This document shows positions 20,177 to 29,776 of a stretch of DNA of 64,000 nt, in pieces. The notes below the pieces were generated by a model that was not told the origin of the DNA, searched no databases, and was given only the letters and a program-made list of their open reading frames with translations. Each line of letters starts with the position of its first letter. The stretch's first letter is position 1. A program made the translations under genes and the position numbers. The stretch covers positions 1-64,000 of the forward strand of contig CAJWLU010000012.1 in the NCBI GenBank assembly GCA_913043225.1. Reading direction: 5' to 3'. Source of the stretch: an uncultured Acidobacteriota bacterium. GTDB lineage: Bacteria > Acidobacteriota > Vicinamibacteria > Vicinamibacterales > UBA8438.

Positions 20177-20206
20177 AATATAGCAACCGCGAGAAAACGC
20201 CGTCAA
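20177..20206 (-). promoter_or_regulatory. Sigma70 promoter for tRNA-Val/thrS operon
   Basis: TTGACG-N18-TATATT with extended TGn. Confidence 0.7.
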
Positions 20207-20262
20207 TCCACGCGTCTAACTGTCGTAAGTGACTGAGCACAGGATTCAAGTACGACCCTGGG

Positions 20263-21432
20263 CTACGCGGCGGGAATGTCGGCAAGATGCTCGAGGGCGC
20301 GGTCGAGCATCGGGTCTTCAGCAGGGACGGCGAGCTCGGTTCCGAACTCGGCGACAGGCGGCTGCGCTACCACGGCCGGTTCGACACCTGCTCGATGAAT
20401 AGGATCGCCTGATGCCGTGAGGTACCGGACCGACGACAGCAGCAGGCCGCCGCCGTCGGGCAGCGGCACCAGCGTCTGTTCGGCGGCGCGACCAGCCGTG
20501 CGCAGGCCGACGCTATCGGCGCGGTCGGCGTCAGTCAGCGCAGCGGCGAACAGCTCCGCCGCTCCGGCGGTGCCGAAATCGGTCAGCAGTACGACCGGCG
20601 CTTCGATCGTGGCGTCGATGCCGCTCCGCTCGATGGGGATCTGTTCGCTGGTGGTTTCCCTGATGGCCAGGGTCTCGGCGTCGGTGAAGACCGCTGCTGC
20701 CTGGAGACCAGAGTCATAGTTTCCGGTCGCGGTGCCTCGCAGATCGACGACCAGCCGTTCCGCGCCTTGTTCGGTCAGGCCTGCCGTGGCGGCGGTGACG
20801 GCGTGCGCCGTCGTGGCGTCGAATTCCGCGATCCGCAGGTAGCCCATGTCGTTGGCCACCAGACGGCTGGTGACGTTCGCGGTGCGGCCATCGCTGCGCG
20901 TTAACTCGAGGTCAGTCGGTTCGGCCGCGTTCCCGCGTATGACGGTTAAGGCAACAGATGACCCGGGTGTTCCCTGGAGCAGCTGATGTCCGCGGACGGT
21001 CGACATCATCCGGGTAGGATGGCCGTCAATCGAGCGGATGAAGTCGCCCGGTTGCAGGCCGGCTTCAGCCGCCGGCGAGCCGTCCCGGGCGGCGACCACC
21101 TGAATGTAGTACTGACGCGTGAGTACCAGGCCGACCCCGGCGTCGCCTGCGGCATCGCCCGCCTCGTGGGTCTCGACCTCGTCGGCGGTCAAGTAGGCGC
21201 TTTCCGGATCGAGGCCCTCGGCCAGACCCCAGAGCGCACCCTTCATTACGTCGACCGGTTCGACCTCTTCGACGTAATTGGTCGAGACCAGCGAGACAAC
21301 ATCCTCGAAGATTCGAAGGTGCCGGTAGGTGCCCTCCAGCTCAACTTCGCGTCCGATCAGGCCGCCGACCAGGGTGTAGGCGAGGATGGGCGCCGTGACG
21401 ACGAGGATGAAAAAGCGAGTCCGGTCGGTCAT
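20263..21432 (-). CDS. S41/CtpA-like PDZ protein, catalytic residues altered
   Basis: N-terminal TM, PDZ (SPAAEAGL), GYLRI, DLRG; TAGAAE and TAGRA in place of SASASE and TFGKG. Confidence 0.88.
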   Translation of the reverse strand: MTDRTRFFILVVTAPILAYTLVGGLIGREVELEGTYRHLRIFEDVVSLVSTNYVEEVEPVDVMKGALWGLAEGLDPESAYLTADEVETHEAGDAAGDAGVGLVLTRQYYIQVVAARDGSPAAEAGLQPGDFIRSIDGHPTRMMSTVRGHQLLQGTPGSSVALTVIRGNAAEPTDLELTRSDGRTANVTSRLVANDMGYLRIAEFDATTAHAVTAATAGLTEQGAERLVVDLRGTATGNYDSGLQAAAVFTDAETLAIRETTSEQIPIERSGIDATIEAPVVLLTDFGTAGAAELFAAALTDADRADSVGLRTAGRAAEQTLVPLPDGGGLLLSSVRYLTASGDPIHRAGVEPAVVAQPPVAEFGTELAVPAEDPMLDRALEHLADIPAA

Positions 21433-21469
21433 CAAGATCTCACAAGAGAAGAGGGCTTACGGCCAACGT

Positions 21470-21990
21470 AAGCCACCCCCTCTATTTTACTGGATCGACA
21501 GACTGACCGTCGACGCGCAGCTCGATGTAGGGCGTGGTGTCCGAGCCCGCGGCCGCCATTGCGGCAGTGCCGAGGAGTGCCCGGTCCTGCACACGCACCC
21601 CTGCGTGGACCGCCAGCGAGGGGAGGTGGCCGTAGAGCATCGCGGACTGGGCGGCGATGGCTTGGCGACGACGCGTCTGGCGTCCAGCGCCCCTTGCTGG
21701 ATTGTGGCCATTTCGGTCTGGCGAGCTGTAAGGGCGCCGCGTGGGACTTTGAGGTGGTTCAGGGGCTCGCGGCCTGGTCGCTCCGTGCCAGAATGCTAAG
21801 CAAGCGATCGGCGCGGCCGAGACTGCGTAGTTTGTCCGCTTTAAGCAGTAGGCGGGCGTAGCCGGGTGAGTCCAGTTTGTAGAGCTCGACCGATCTCGCC
21901 TCGACTGTCGGCGAGCTCGCCCACCTTGCTCTGTCGGTCGGTTTCGAGCACGTCCATTTCGGCCGGGAGCGTCTGTTCGTGCTTGCCAGC
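21470..21990 (-). pseudogene. Decayed EnvC/M23-like gene remnant
   Basis: Fragments in different frames: VELYKLDSPGYARLLL...(21890-21750, ends in stop) and LYGHL...IELRVDGQSVDPVK; lies upstream of the ctpA-like gene. Confidence 0.65.
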
Positions 21991-22095
21991 GCGTCGGCTT
22001 TGGCTTTGAGTTCGCGCGCGCGGTTTTCGATCTAGTCCCGGTGAGAGTGTCCAATTCCAGGACGCGAGGTCCGAGGCTCCGGTTACTCTACGGGG

Positions 22096-22566
22096 GTGCG
22101 CATCGTGGGAATTGATCTCGGGCGCCGTCGGATCGGACTGGCCATGAGTGATGCCAGCGCGACTCTTGCGACGCCGTGGCAGACGATCGCGGGAAAAGGG
22201 GTAGCTGGGCAGGTGGCCGTTCGAATCGCGGACGTCGTGCGAACCTTCGACGACGATGGCGATGAGGTCACTGGACTGGTTGTCGGTTTGCCGGTTCACC
22301 TTGATGGGCGACCGCATGAAGATGCGGAACGCGTTCGTACCATTGCTGAGCTGCTCGGACGGCGGCTGCGGGTGCCGGTCACGCTCCAGGACGAGCGGTT
22401 GACCAGTGTGGAGGCCGAGAGCAGACTGTCGGAGCGGGAGCGTGACTGGCGCCAGCGGAAGGCGCGGCTGGATGCCGCGGCCGCGGCGGTGATACTGCAG
22501 GAGTATCTGGACGGACGCAGACAGGATCCGCCGCAGCCAGACGTGGCGGAGACAGGAGAAGGCTGA
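22096..22566 (+). CDS. ruvX: YqgF/RuvX RNase H-like nuclease
   Basis: GIDLGRRRIGLAMSD, VVGLP, DERLTS, DAAAAAVILQEYL. Confidence 0.95.
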   Translation: MRIVGIDLGRRRIGLAMSDASATLATPWQTIAGKGVAGQVAVRIADVVRTFDDDGDEVTGLVVGLPVHLDGRPHEDAERVRTIAELLGRRLRVPVTLQDERLTSVEAESRLSERERDWRQRKARLDAAAAAVILQEYLDGRRQDPPQPDVAETGEG

Positions 22567-22585
22567 GGGTTTCGCCGTCGCCACC

Positions 22586-23632
22586 ATGAAGAAGGCGCTG
22601 CTAGTTGTCGGTGTGTTGGCGTTGGTGGGCGGCGGCGCGGCCGCCTTCTTGGCCAGGGCGCTGTACGATCGGGCCGACCAGGCGTACCGCGGGTATCCGG
22701 GCGAAGAGGTATTCGTCGATGTTGCGCCCGGCACTTCGACCCTCGAGATCGGTCGACAGCTGGTGCGAGCCGGTGTCGTCGAAGACAACCAGGTGTTTCG
22801 GGTTGGGTTGTGGCGCAGCGGGCGGGAGCGGTCGCTGCAGGCCGGCGAATACCGCTTTGCTGGACCGATGTCGGTGCTCGAGGTGATCGATGCGCTGGCC
22901 CGCGGTCAAGTTTACTTGCGCACAGTCACGTTCCCAGAGGGTTTGACCCGATGGGAGATGGCCGATGTGTTCGGACAGTCGTCATTCGGTACGGCCGAGG
23001 AATTCCTGGCGGCCAGCGAGCGGGTCGAGCTGGTGCGGGCTCTCGATCGTGAGGCGTCAGATCTCGAGGGGTATCTCTTTCCGGAGACGTATGCGCTGCC
23101 CCGCGACGCCACTGCCGACGACCTGGTCGAGGCGATGGTGGCGCAGTTCGAGCGGGTGTTCGACGACGAGCTCAGGGACCTGGCGGCCGAGCGCGACTTG
23201 ACGGTGCGCGAGGTGGTGACCCTGGCGTCGTTGATCCAGCGAGAGACCGGACTCGACGAAGAGCGGGCCATCGTGTCTGCGGTCTACAACAACCGGCTTC
23301 AGCGGCGGATGCCGCTCCAGTGTGACCCGACAGTCATCTATGCGCTGATGCTCGACGGGCTCTACGACGGTAATCTGACCCGCGAGAACCTTCGCTACGA
23401 TTCGCCCTACAACACGTACGTCTACCCCGGGTTGCCCCCGGGACCGATCTCGGCCCCCGGCGCTGCCGACCTGCGCGCCTCGCTGCGCCCGTCCGACGAC
23501 ACGTTCCTCTACTTTGTCAGCCGTAACGATGGCTCCCACGTCTTCGCCAACACGCTCCGCGAGCACAACGGCAACGTGCGCGAGTGGCAGGTGGAGTACT
23601 TCCGACGGCGTCGACCGGTGGCCAGCCGATAG
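22586..23632 (+). CDS. mltG: Endolytic transglycosylase MltG
   Basis: LEGYLFPETY, LASLIQRE, SPYNTY, GLPPGPI. Confidence 0.96.
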   Translation: MKKALLVVGVLALVGGGAAAFLARALYDRADQAYRGYPGEEVFVDVAPGTSTLEIGRQLVRAGVVEDNQVFRVGLWRSGRERSLQAGEYRFAGPMSVLEVIDALARGQVYLRTVTFPEGLTRWEMADVFGQSSFGTAEEFLAASERVELVRALDREASDLEGYLFPETYALPRDATADDLVEAMVAQFERVFDDELRDLAAERDLTVREVVTLASLIQRETGLDEERAIVSAVYNNRLQRRMPLQCDPTVIYALMLDGLYDGNLTRENLRYDSPYNTYVYPGLPPGPISAPGAADLRASLRPSDDTFLYFVSRNDGSHVFANTLREHNGNVREWQVEYFRRRRPVASR

Positions 23633-23728
23633 CCCGCTGACGAGTTTACGGGCATTTCGCCTCAGGACTCTGGCAGCCGCAATACTTCACCTCGCCTGGA
23701 GCCTGTAGCTTGCGTGCTGGAACTCGCG

Positions 23729-24625
23729 TTATCGCGAGCGATCCAGTTCCCTGACGAGTTCTAACGCCACCTCGTAGGCGAACGTCATTGCGGACGCGTC
23801 TAGATGGTTGGCGGTGTCATTCGGGGTGTGGATGATGCCGAAGATCGGCGGAGTAGGGCCGCCAGGCGGCGGACCATTGAGCAGGCCGTGCAACTGGCGA
23901 GCCTCGTCCGAGGGGAGTAGGCCGATCGAGATGTTCGGGATGCCGGCGACCTGGAAGCTGCGGTCGTCGCTGGTCGGAAACTGCTCGAACCTGAGGCAAC
24001 CGTGGCCGCCCACTGCACAGACGCGCTCCAGTGCGTCGTAGACCTCGGTATTACCATCATTCGACGCTGGGCCGTAGATCACGGTGTTGCCGTAACCGTT
24101 GATGTCGAGGTTCACCATGGCCGCGACGCGCTGAGCGTCTGGCGTGCTGACGTAGTGCGCCGAGCCGAGGAGCTGCATTTCCTCGAGGTCGAAGAACAGG
24201 ATCCTGAGCCGGTGGTCCAGCGATTCGTTGCTCAGCGTCGCGGCCATCCGCGCCAGCACCGCCACCGACGACGCGTTATCGACCATTCCGTGGCTCAGCG
24301 AGCCGTCCTCGAGCGGCGCCGCGTCGTAGTGGGCGCCAACCACGAGATCCCGCTCACCTTCTCCGATATCGACAATCAGGTTGCGGCCCTCGGCCGGTCC
24401 CACCTCGGTTGCTCGCGGATTCGAGAACGTCTGCACCTCGTAGGTCAGGCCATAGTCGTCGAGCAGCGCGGTTAGCGCATCGAAGCGTGCTTCGGCCGTG
24501 GGCTGGTCGAGTCGTTGCGCGTCTCCGACGATGCCTGGCAGCGGTTCGAGAGGCTGGGCGACAGTGGGAACCGAGGCGAGCGAGAGAGTGGTGATGATTG
24601 GGACGATGAGGCGGTTAGGGTGCAT
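23729..24625 (-). CDS. Secreted M28 family metallopeptidase
   Basis: GAHYD, DNASS, EE, NLD, HTPND. Confidence 0.9.
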   Translation of the reverse strand: MHPNRLIVPIITTLSLASVPTVAQPLEPLPGIVGDAQRLDQPTAEARFDALTALLDDYGLTYEVQTFSNPRATEVGPAEGRNLIVDIGEGERDLVVGAHYDAAPLEDGSLSHGMVDNASSVAVLARMAATLSNESLDHRLRILFFDLEEMQLLGSAHYVSTPDAQRVAAMVNLDINGYGNTVIYGPASNDGNTEVYDALERVCAVGGHGCLRFEQFPTSDDRSFQVAGIPNISIGLLPSDEARQLHGLLNGPPPGGPTPPIFGIIHTPNDTANHLDASAMTFAYEVALELVRELDRSR

Positions 24626-24628
24626 GCC

Positions 24629-24656
24629 TCAGGCTCCAGGCTTCAGGCTCCAGGCC
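24629..24656. repeat. Tandem heptamer (YCAGGCT)x4 with inverted copy at 23694-23709
   Basis: tcaggct ccaggct tcaggct ccaggcc; gcctggagcctgtagc matches the reverse complement at 15 of 16 positions. Confidence 0.8.
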
Positions 24657-24719
24657 AGGGTGTAGCGCACGGTGTTCATGCTGAGTTTGGGCTCGATTAG
24701 GAGTGTGGGCCTAGGCCGA

Positions 24720-24974
24720 CTACCGGTCAGAGCGATCCTGCCAGCCGTCAACTTCCGTGTAGAACAGTGCTGTTGTCTCGAGATTTAGATCGACGTTGGA
24801 ACGGATGAGCGCACCTGTTCGGCCAGGCAGTTTGCTTCCCTGAGACAGCAGCAGACCGAGCGTAGCGATGGTCATCATCCCGATAGCAAGCCGCCAAAGC
24901 CGGCCACGAGATCCCACGGCCGACAGGCCAGCGGAACCTGTGGAGCCCGAGACCTTCTTACCTGATCGGGTCAA
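24720..24974 (-). CDS. Small single-TM hypothetical protein
   Basis: Overlaps end of upstream transporter; one hydrophobic helix; TALFYTEV motif. Confidence 0.55.
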   Translation of the reverse strand: MTRSGKKVSGSTGSAGLSAVGSRGRLWRLAIGMMTIATLGLLLSQGSKLPGRTGALIRSNVDLNLETTALFYTEVDGWQDRSDR

Positions 24975-26259
24975 ACAGCATCCCCCCGAACGCCAAATAC
25001 GCGGCGATCAGTGTCAAAACTAGATTGAAAGTCTGGCCCACAAGATAGAGCGCCAGCGGGCGCCCGCCCTGGATCTGGCTCGCGAGGGCGCGGAAGTTCG
25101 ATTCGAGGCCGATGCTGACGAAGGCCAGGCAGAACAGCCACCCGCGGAAGTCGGACGTGACGTCGATGATGTTGTTCACGGCCTCGTCGCCCATCGTCGG
25201 CACTAGGACGAAGGAGAAGAACAAGGAGGCGCCAACGAAGCCCAGGATGAACTTCGGGAACCGGGTCCAGATCTCGGTGGCGGCCGGCCGGGCCGCCTCG
25301 TCAGACTTCTCGACGTTGGTGACCCAGTAGACGGCCACGAGGAACGCCACCAGGCCGATCAGGATGTTCTGGATCATCTTGACGATGGCGGCGACCTGGC
25401 CCGCCTGCTCGCCCAGTATGGCGCCGGCCGCCACTACCGCGCCGGTGGCATCGATGGTGCCGCCGATCCAGGCGCCGCCGACGATCGGATCCATCCCGAT
25501 GGCGTCGATGGCCAGCGGCATCAGCACCATCATGGCCACGGTGAAGATGAGTGTCATGCCGACTGCAAGGGTGAGCTCATCCTTCTTCGCACGCACCGCT
25601 GCCGCGGTGGCGATCGCGGCAGACACACCGCACACCGAAGTGGCCGTGGCGATGATGATGACAAGCGACGGGCTGTTGATCTTCAGCACGCGGATGCCGA
25701 ACCGGTACATGAAGAAGATGACCACCGGCGTGACGAGCCAGGCCACGAACAGTCCGGGTGGACCCAGGTTGAGGATCCGGTTAAAGAGGATCTCGGCCCC
25801 CAGCAGTACGAGGCCGGTCTTGATGAAGAACTCGCTGCGCAGCGCCGGCTTGATCCAGCCAGGGGTGCCGACGCTGTTCGAGACAATGAGGCCGAGCAGC
25901 AGCGCCCAGAAGGCGTAGCCTACCCCTGCGGCTCGGATACCGGTCTGGTTTGCCAGGAAGTAGGCGACCACGGCCAGAAGGAACAGAGGGATGAACCCGG
26001 CCTGGTGGAGCACTAGTGAGCCGCCCATGAAGACGGCGGGGATGGCCGTCATCAAGGCGAAGCCGATCCCCAGCACCGCCAACGGAAAGAGCCGGCCGTC
26101 GATGGCGTCGACCGGATTGGCCGTCCATTGTCCGAGGCCGGCCACGCCGGTGACCAAGCCGGCCACGGTCAGCGCGATCAGAAACGCACCGATCCAGATG
26201 GCCCACCAGTCCTCCGAGGTCAGGAGCGCCGACCGGGTAGGCTGGGCGTTGTCGGTCAT
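24958..26259 (-). CDS. YeiH/UPF0324 putative sulfate exporter family transporter
   Basis: Multi-TM; EFFIKTGLVLLG, SVCGVSAAIA, GGTIDATGAV. Confidence 0.9.
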   Translation of the reverse strand: MTDNAQPTRSALLTSEDWWAIWIGAFLIALTVAGLVTGVAGLGQWTANPVDAIDGRLFPLAVLGIGFALMTAIPAVFMGGSLVLHQAGFIPLFLLAVVAYFLANQTGIRAAGVGYAFWALLLGLIVSNSVGTPGWIKPALRSEFFIKTGLVLLGAEILFNRILNLGPPGLFVAWLVTPVVIFFMYRFGIRVLKINSPSLVIIIATATSVCGVSAAIATAAAVRAKKDELTLAVGMTLIFTVAMMVLMPLAIDAIGMDPIVGGAWIGGTIDATGAVVAAGAILGEQAGQVAAIVKMIQNILIGLVAFLVAVYWVTNVEKSDEAARPAATEIWTRFPKFILGFVGASLFFSFVLVPTMGDEAVNNIIDVTSDFRGWLFCLAFVSIGLESNFRALASQIQGGRPLALYLVGQTFNLVLTLIAAYLAFGGMLFDPIR

Positions 26260-26331
26260 GATCTGTAGTCGGGCCGGAGATTATAATCCCGGAACAACCA
26301 GCCGGATCTGTCAGAGGTCGAAAGGACCCCT

Positions 26332-28785
26332 ATGCCTAGCTCACGTCTTTCGCTGGCGGCTATCGCCGCCACGACGATCTGGACGGCCACCCACGGTGTC
26401 GCCCTGACCGCGCAGCAGCAGACACTGGCCATCGAAGGGCTCCGGGCGCCGGTCGAGATCGTGACTGATCGGTGGGGCATTAACCACATCTACGCCACGC
26501 ACGAATCCGACCTGTTCTTTGCGCAGGGCTATGCTGCCGCTCGAGATCGGCTGTTTCAGTTCGAGGTGTGGCGCCGGCAGGCCACCGGCACCGTGGCCGA
26601 GATTCTCGGACCACGTGAGCTCCAGCGGGACATCGGGGTGCGTCTGCATCGGTTCCGCGGTGACATGACCACGGAACTGAGCCAGTACCACGATCGTGGC
26701 GAGCAGATCGTTGGTGCGTTTGTCCGTGGTATTAACGCCTATATCGATCAGACGGCCGCCAATCCCGAGTTGCTGCCGATCGAGTTCGAACTATTGGGCA
26801 TCGAGCCACGGCACTGGACGCCTGAGGTGGTGATTTCGCGTCATCAGGGGTTGGTGGCGAATGTGACCTCCGAGCTCCGCAATGCGCGGGCGGTGGCCCG
26901 GCTGGGAGCCGACGCGGTGAAGGAGCTGAACTACTACTACGGTGATCCGGACCTCACTCTGGATCCAGCCATCGACCCGTCGCTGCTTACCGACGACATC
27001 CTCGACCTGTACCGTGCCCACCGCCGCTCGCTTCGATTCCAGCCCGAGGATGTGGTTGCCGAGCATCGTGGCGACCAGGAGACCTTCGAGCGGCTGGCGG
27101 CGGCGATGCCGAGTGAGATCGATCTCGAAGCGCGGGACTACGACGCCATCGGTAGCAACAACTGGGTGGTGGCCGGAAGTCGGACGCTCACGGGTTTCCC
27201 GATGATGGTCAACGACCCACACCGGTCCCAGTTTGCACCGTCGCTTCGCTACTGGGTACACCTGATCGGCCCGGGCTGGAACGTGATCGGAGGCGGCGAG
27301 CCGGTGCTACCCGGGGTGTCGATCGGCCACAACGAGTATGGCGCCTGGGGACTGACGGTCTTCGGGCAGGACAACGAAGATCTCTACGTCTACGACACCA
27401 ACCCGGAGAACCCGAACGAATATCGCCACCTTGGCCGGTGGGAGCCGATGAGCGTTATCGAAGAGACGATCCCGGTCAAGGGGCAGGCCGACGAAACGGT
27501 CGAGCTGAAGTATACGCGCCATGGGCCGGTCCTCTTCGAAGATACCGAGAACCAAAAGGCCTATGCGCTCCGCGCGGCGTGGCTCGACTACGGCGGTGCG
27601 CCTTATCTGGCCAGCCTGCGGATGGATCAGGCGCGCAGCTGGGAAGAGTTCCGCGAGGCGTGCGAATTTAGCCGGATTCCTTCGGAGAACATGATCTGGG
27701 CCGACCGCGAGAAGAACATCGGCTACCAGGCGGTGGGCGTGTCGCCGATCCGTCCCCGCCACAGCGGCTTGGTGCCGGTGCCGGGAGACGGACGCTATGA
27801 ATGGGACGGCTACCTCCCTATTCAGGCGCTGCCCAACGTGGTTAACCCAGAGAAGGGGTTCTATGGCACCGCCAACAACTACACAGTTCCCGACGGCTAC
27901 GAGTACTGGGAGGCGCTCCACTACACCTGGGGTGACCAGATGCGGGCGGCCCGGGTCGAGGAGATGCTGGACGAAGGGCAGCATTTGACCGTGGCCGACA
28001 TGATGCGGTTCCAGCATGACGATTTAACCGTGGCCGGTCGTAACATCGTGCCGCTGCTCCGAGAGGTGCGCATCAACGATCTCGAGGTGGCCGCGCTGCG
28101 GGACCGCTTGCTCGACTGGGACTACGTGCTGGATAAGGACTCGGTCGAGGCGGCGATCTACGTGTCGTTTGAGCGCCGGCTGCGGCGGAACATGCGCGAC
28201 ACCGTGGTGCCGGCTGCGGCGCGTGATGACATCCGCAGCGTGAACATGAAGCGGCTGATCGACTGGCTCGTGGCTCCCGACGGGCGGTTCGGCGAAGCCC
28301 CGGTCGTCGGTCGCGATGCGCTGCTCGCGCGGAGCTTGGCCGAGGGGCGCGCCGACCTGGTCGAGCGCCTGGGGCCAGATTCGTCAAACTGGAAGTACGG
28401 GCAGCCGAACTTCAAGCATGCGCTGATCCGTCACCCGATGACTGCGGCGGTGTCGCCCGACCTGCGCCGCCGGCTGGACGTCGGTCCTGCGCCGCGCGGG
28501 GGCTACTCCGGTACGGTGCACAACACCGGCGGGGGCGATAATCAGACCTCTGGCGCCTCGTTCATGATCGTGGCCGACACGGCGAACTGGGACAATTCGG
28601 TGGGTCTCAATACCCCCGGCCAGTCGGGCGATCCCGATAGTCCGCACTACCGCGACATGTTCGAGCTGTGGGCGCGAAACCAGTACTTCCCGATCTTCTA
28701 CAGCCGCGAAAAAATCGACTCGGTTACCGAAAGTGTCACGATGCTCCAACCATCGGGGGACGCACCCTCCAGCGGCGGACGGTAG
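26332..28785 (+). CDS. Penicillin acylase family Ntn hydrolase
   Basis: DRWGINHIYA, GSNNW beta-subunit start, NDPH, GQSGDPDSPHY. Confidence 0.95.
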   Translation: MPSSRLSLAAIAATTIWTATHGVALTAQQQTLAIEGLRAPVEIVTDRWGINHIYATHESDLFFAQGYAAARDRLFQFEVWRRQATGTVAEILGPRELQRDIGVRLHRFRGDMTTELSQYHDRGEQIVGAFVRGINAYIDQTAANPELLPIEFELLGIEPRHWTPEVVISRHQGLVANVTSELRNARAVARLGADAVKELNYYYGDPDLTLDPAIDPSLLTDDILDLYRAHRRSLRFQPEDVVAEHRGDQETFERLAAAMPSEIDLEARDYDAIGSNNWVVAGSRTLTGFPMMVNDPHRSQFAPSLRYWVHLIGPGWNVIGGGEPVLPGVSIGHNEYGAWGLTVFGQDNEDLYVYDTNPENPNEYRHLGRWEPMSVIEETIPVKGQADETVELKYTRHGPVLFEDTENQKAYALRAAWLDYGGAPYLASLRMDQARSWEEFREACEFSRIPSENMIWADREKNIGYQAVGVSPIRPRHSGLVPVPGDGRYEWDGYLPIQALPNVVNPEKGFYGTANNYTVPDGYEYWEALHYTWGDQMRAARVEEMLDEGQHLTVADMMRFQHDDLTVAGRNIVPLLREVRINDLEVAALRDRLLDWDYVLDKDSVEAAIYVSFERRLRRNMRDTVVPAAARDDIRSVNMKRLIDWLVAPDGRFGEAPVVGRDALLARSLAEGRADLVERLGPDSSNWKYGQPNFKHALIRHPMTAAVSPDLRRRLDVGPAPRGGYSGTVHNTGGGDNQTSGASFMIVADTANWDNSVGLNTPGQSGDPDSPHYRDMFELWARNQYFPIFYSREKIDSVTESVTMLQPSGDAPSSGGR

Positions 28786-28843
28786 CGTCGTCCATAGCTC
28801 GAGGCCCAGAGCCCAAGGGGACCAGCGGACCAAGGAGAGAACG

Positions 28844-29776
28844 ATGTTGAAGAAGCTGACGATCGGCGCATTTCTCACAGTCGTGGTGGCGCTGGCCTCA
28901 CCCGCCCAAGCCCAGTTGACCGACACCGAGACCTGGGCCTCACACTTGTCGAATACCTATCGGGTCATCCCGAACGTCACCTATGGGACGGCAAGTAACC
29001 GAGAGAACAACGTCGACCTCTACATTCCACGGGGAGCCGACGGCCCGACACCGGTACTGATGTATATCCATGGCGGCGGTTGGGTGGGCGGTTCGAAGGA
29101 AGCCAACGTGCTGCGGTTGCTCCCGTGGCTGGAGCGTGGCTGGGCGGTGGTCAACGTGCAATACCGACTGGGGCAGGTCGCGCTGGCGCCGGCCGCGGTC
29201 GAAGACTGCTTGTGCGCTCTGCGCTGGGTCATCCGCAACGCCGAGCAGTACAACATCGACACGAACCGGATCGTGGTGACCGGCAACTCGGCGGGCGGGC
29301 ACCTCTCGCTGACTACAGGCATGATCCCTGCTTCGGCCGGGCTCGACCGTCAGTGTCCGGGCAACGAAGAGCTCTCGGTGGCGGCCATCATTAACTGGTA
29401 TGGCATCACCGATGTGGGCGACCTGCTCGACGGCGAGAACATGAAGACCTACGCCGTGCAATGGATGGGCAGCATGCCGAACCGGTTCGAGATTGCCGAG
29501 CGGGTATCGCCGCTGACCTACGTACGCGAGGGCCTGCCGCCGATTCTGACCATCCACGGTGACGCCGACCGGGTCGTGCCGCATCAGCATGCGGTGCGGC
29601 TGACCGATGCTCTAGAGAGCGAAGGCGTGACCGCTGAGCTGCACACGGTTTCGGGGGGTGGACATGGTGGGTTCAGTCGCGACGAGACCATCGCGATCTT
29701 CGAGGCTATCGATCGCTTCCTGGTCTCGAACGGGCTGGCCGCGACCGGCTCCGACGGAACGACGGGAGGGCAGTAG
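28844..29776 (+). CDS. Secreted alpha/beta hydrolase (HSL-type esterase)
   Basis: HGGGW, GNSAGG, HGDAD, GGHG; SD AAGGAG. Confidence 0.92.
   Translation: MLKKLTIGAFLTVVVALASPAQAQLTDTETWASHLSNTYRVIPNVTYGTASNRENNVDLYIPRGADGPTPVLMYIHGGGWVGGSKEANVLRLLPWLERGWAVVNVQYRLGQVALAPAAVEDCLCALRWVIRNAEQYNIDTNRIVVTGNSAGGHLSLTTGMIPASAGLDRQCPGNEELSVAAIINWYGITDVGDLLDGENMKTYAVQWMGSMPNRFEIAERVSPLTYVREGLPPILTIHGDADRVVPHQHAVRLTDALESEGVTAELHTVSGGGHGGFSRDETIAIFEAIDRFLVSNGLAATGSDGTTGGQ

Noticed and set aside
28803..28833. Loose GGCCCAG/GGACCA repeats before the esterase
   Set aside because: Irregular period and no inverted partner found.
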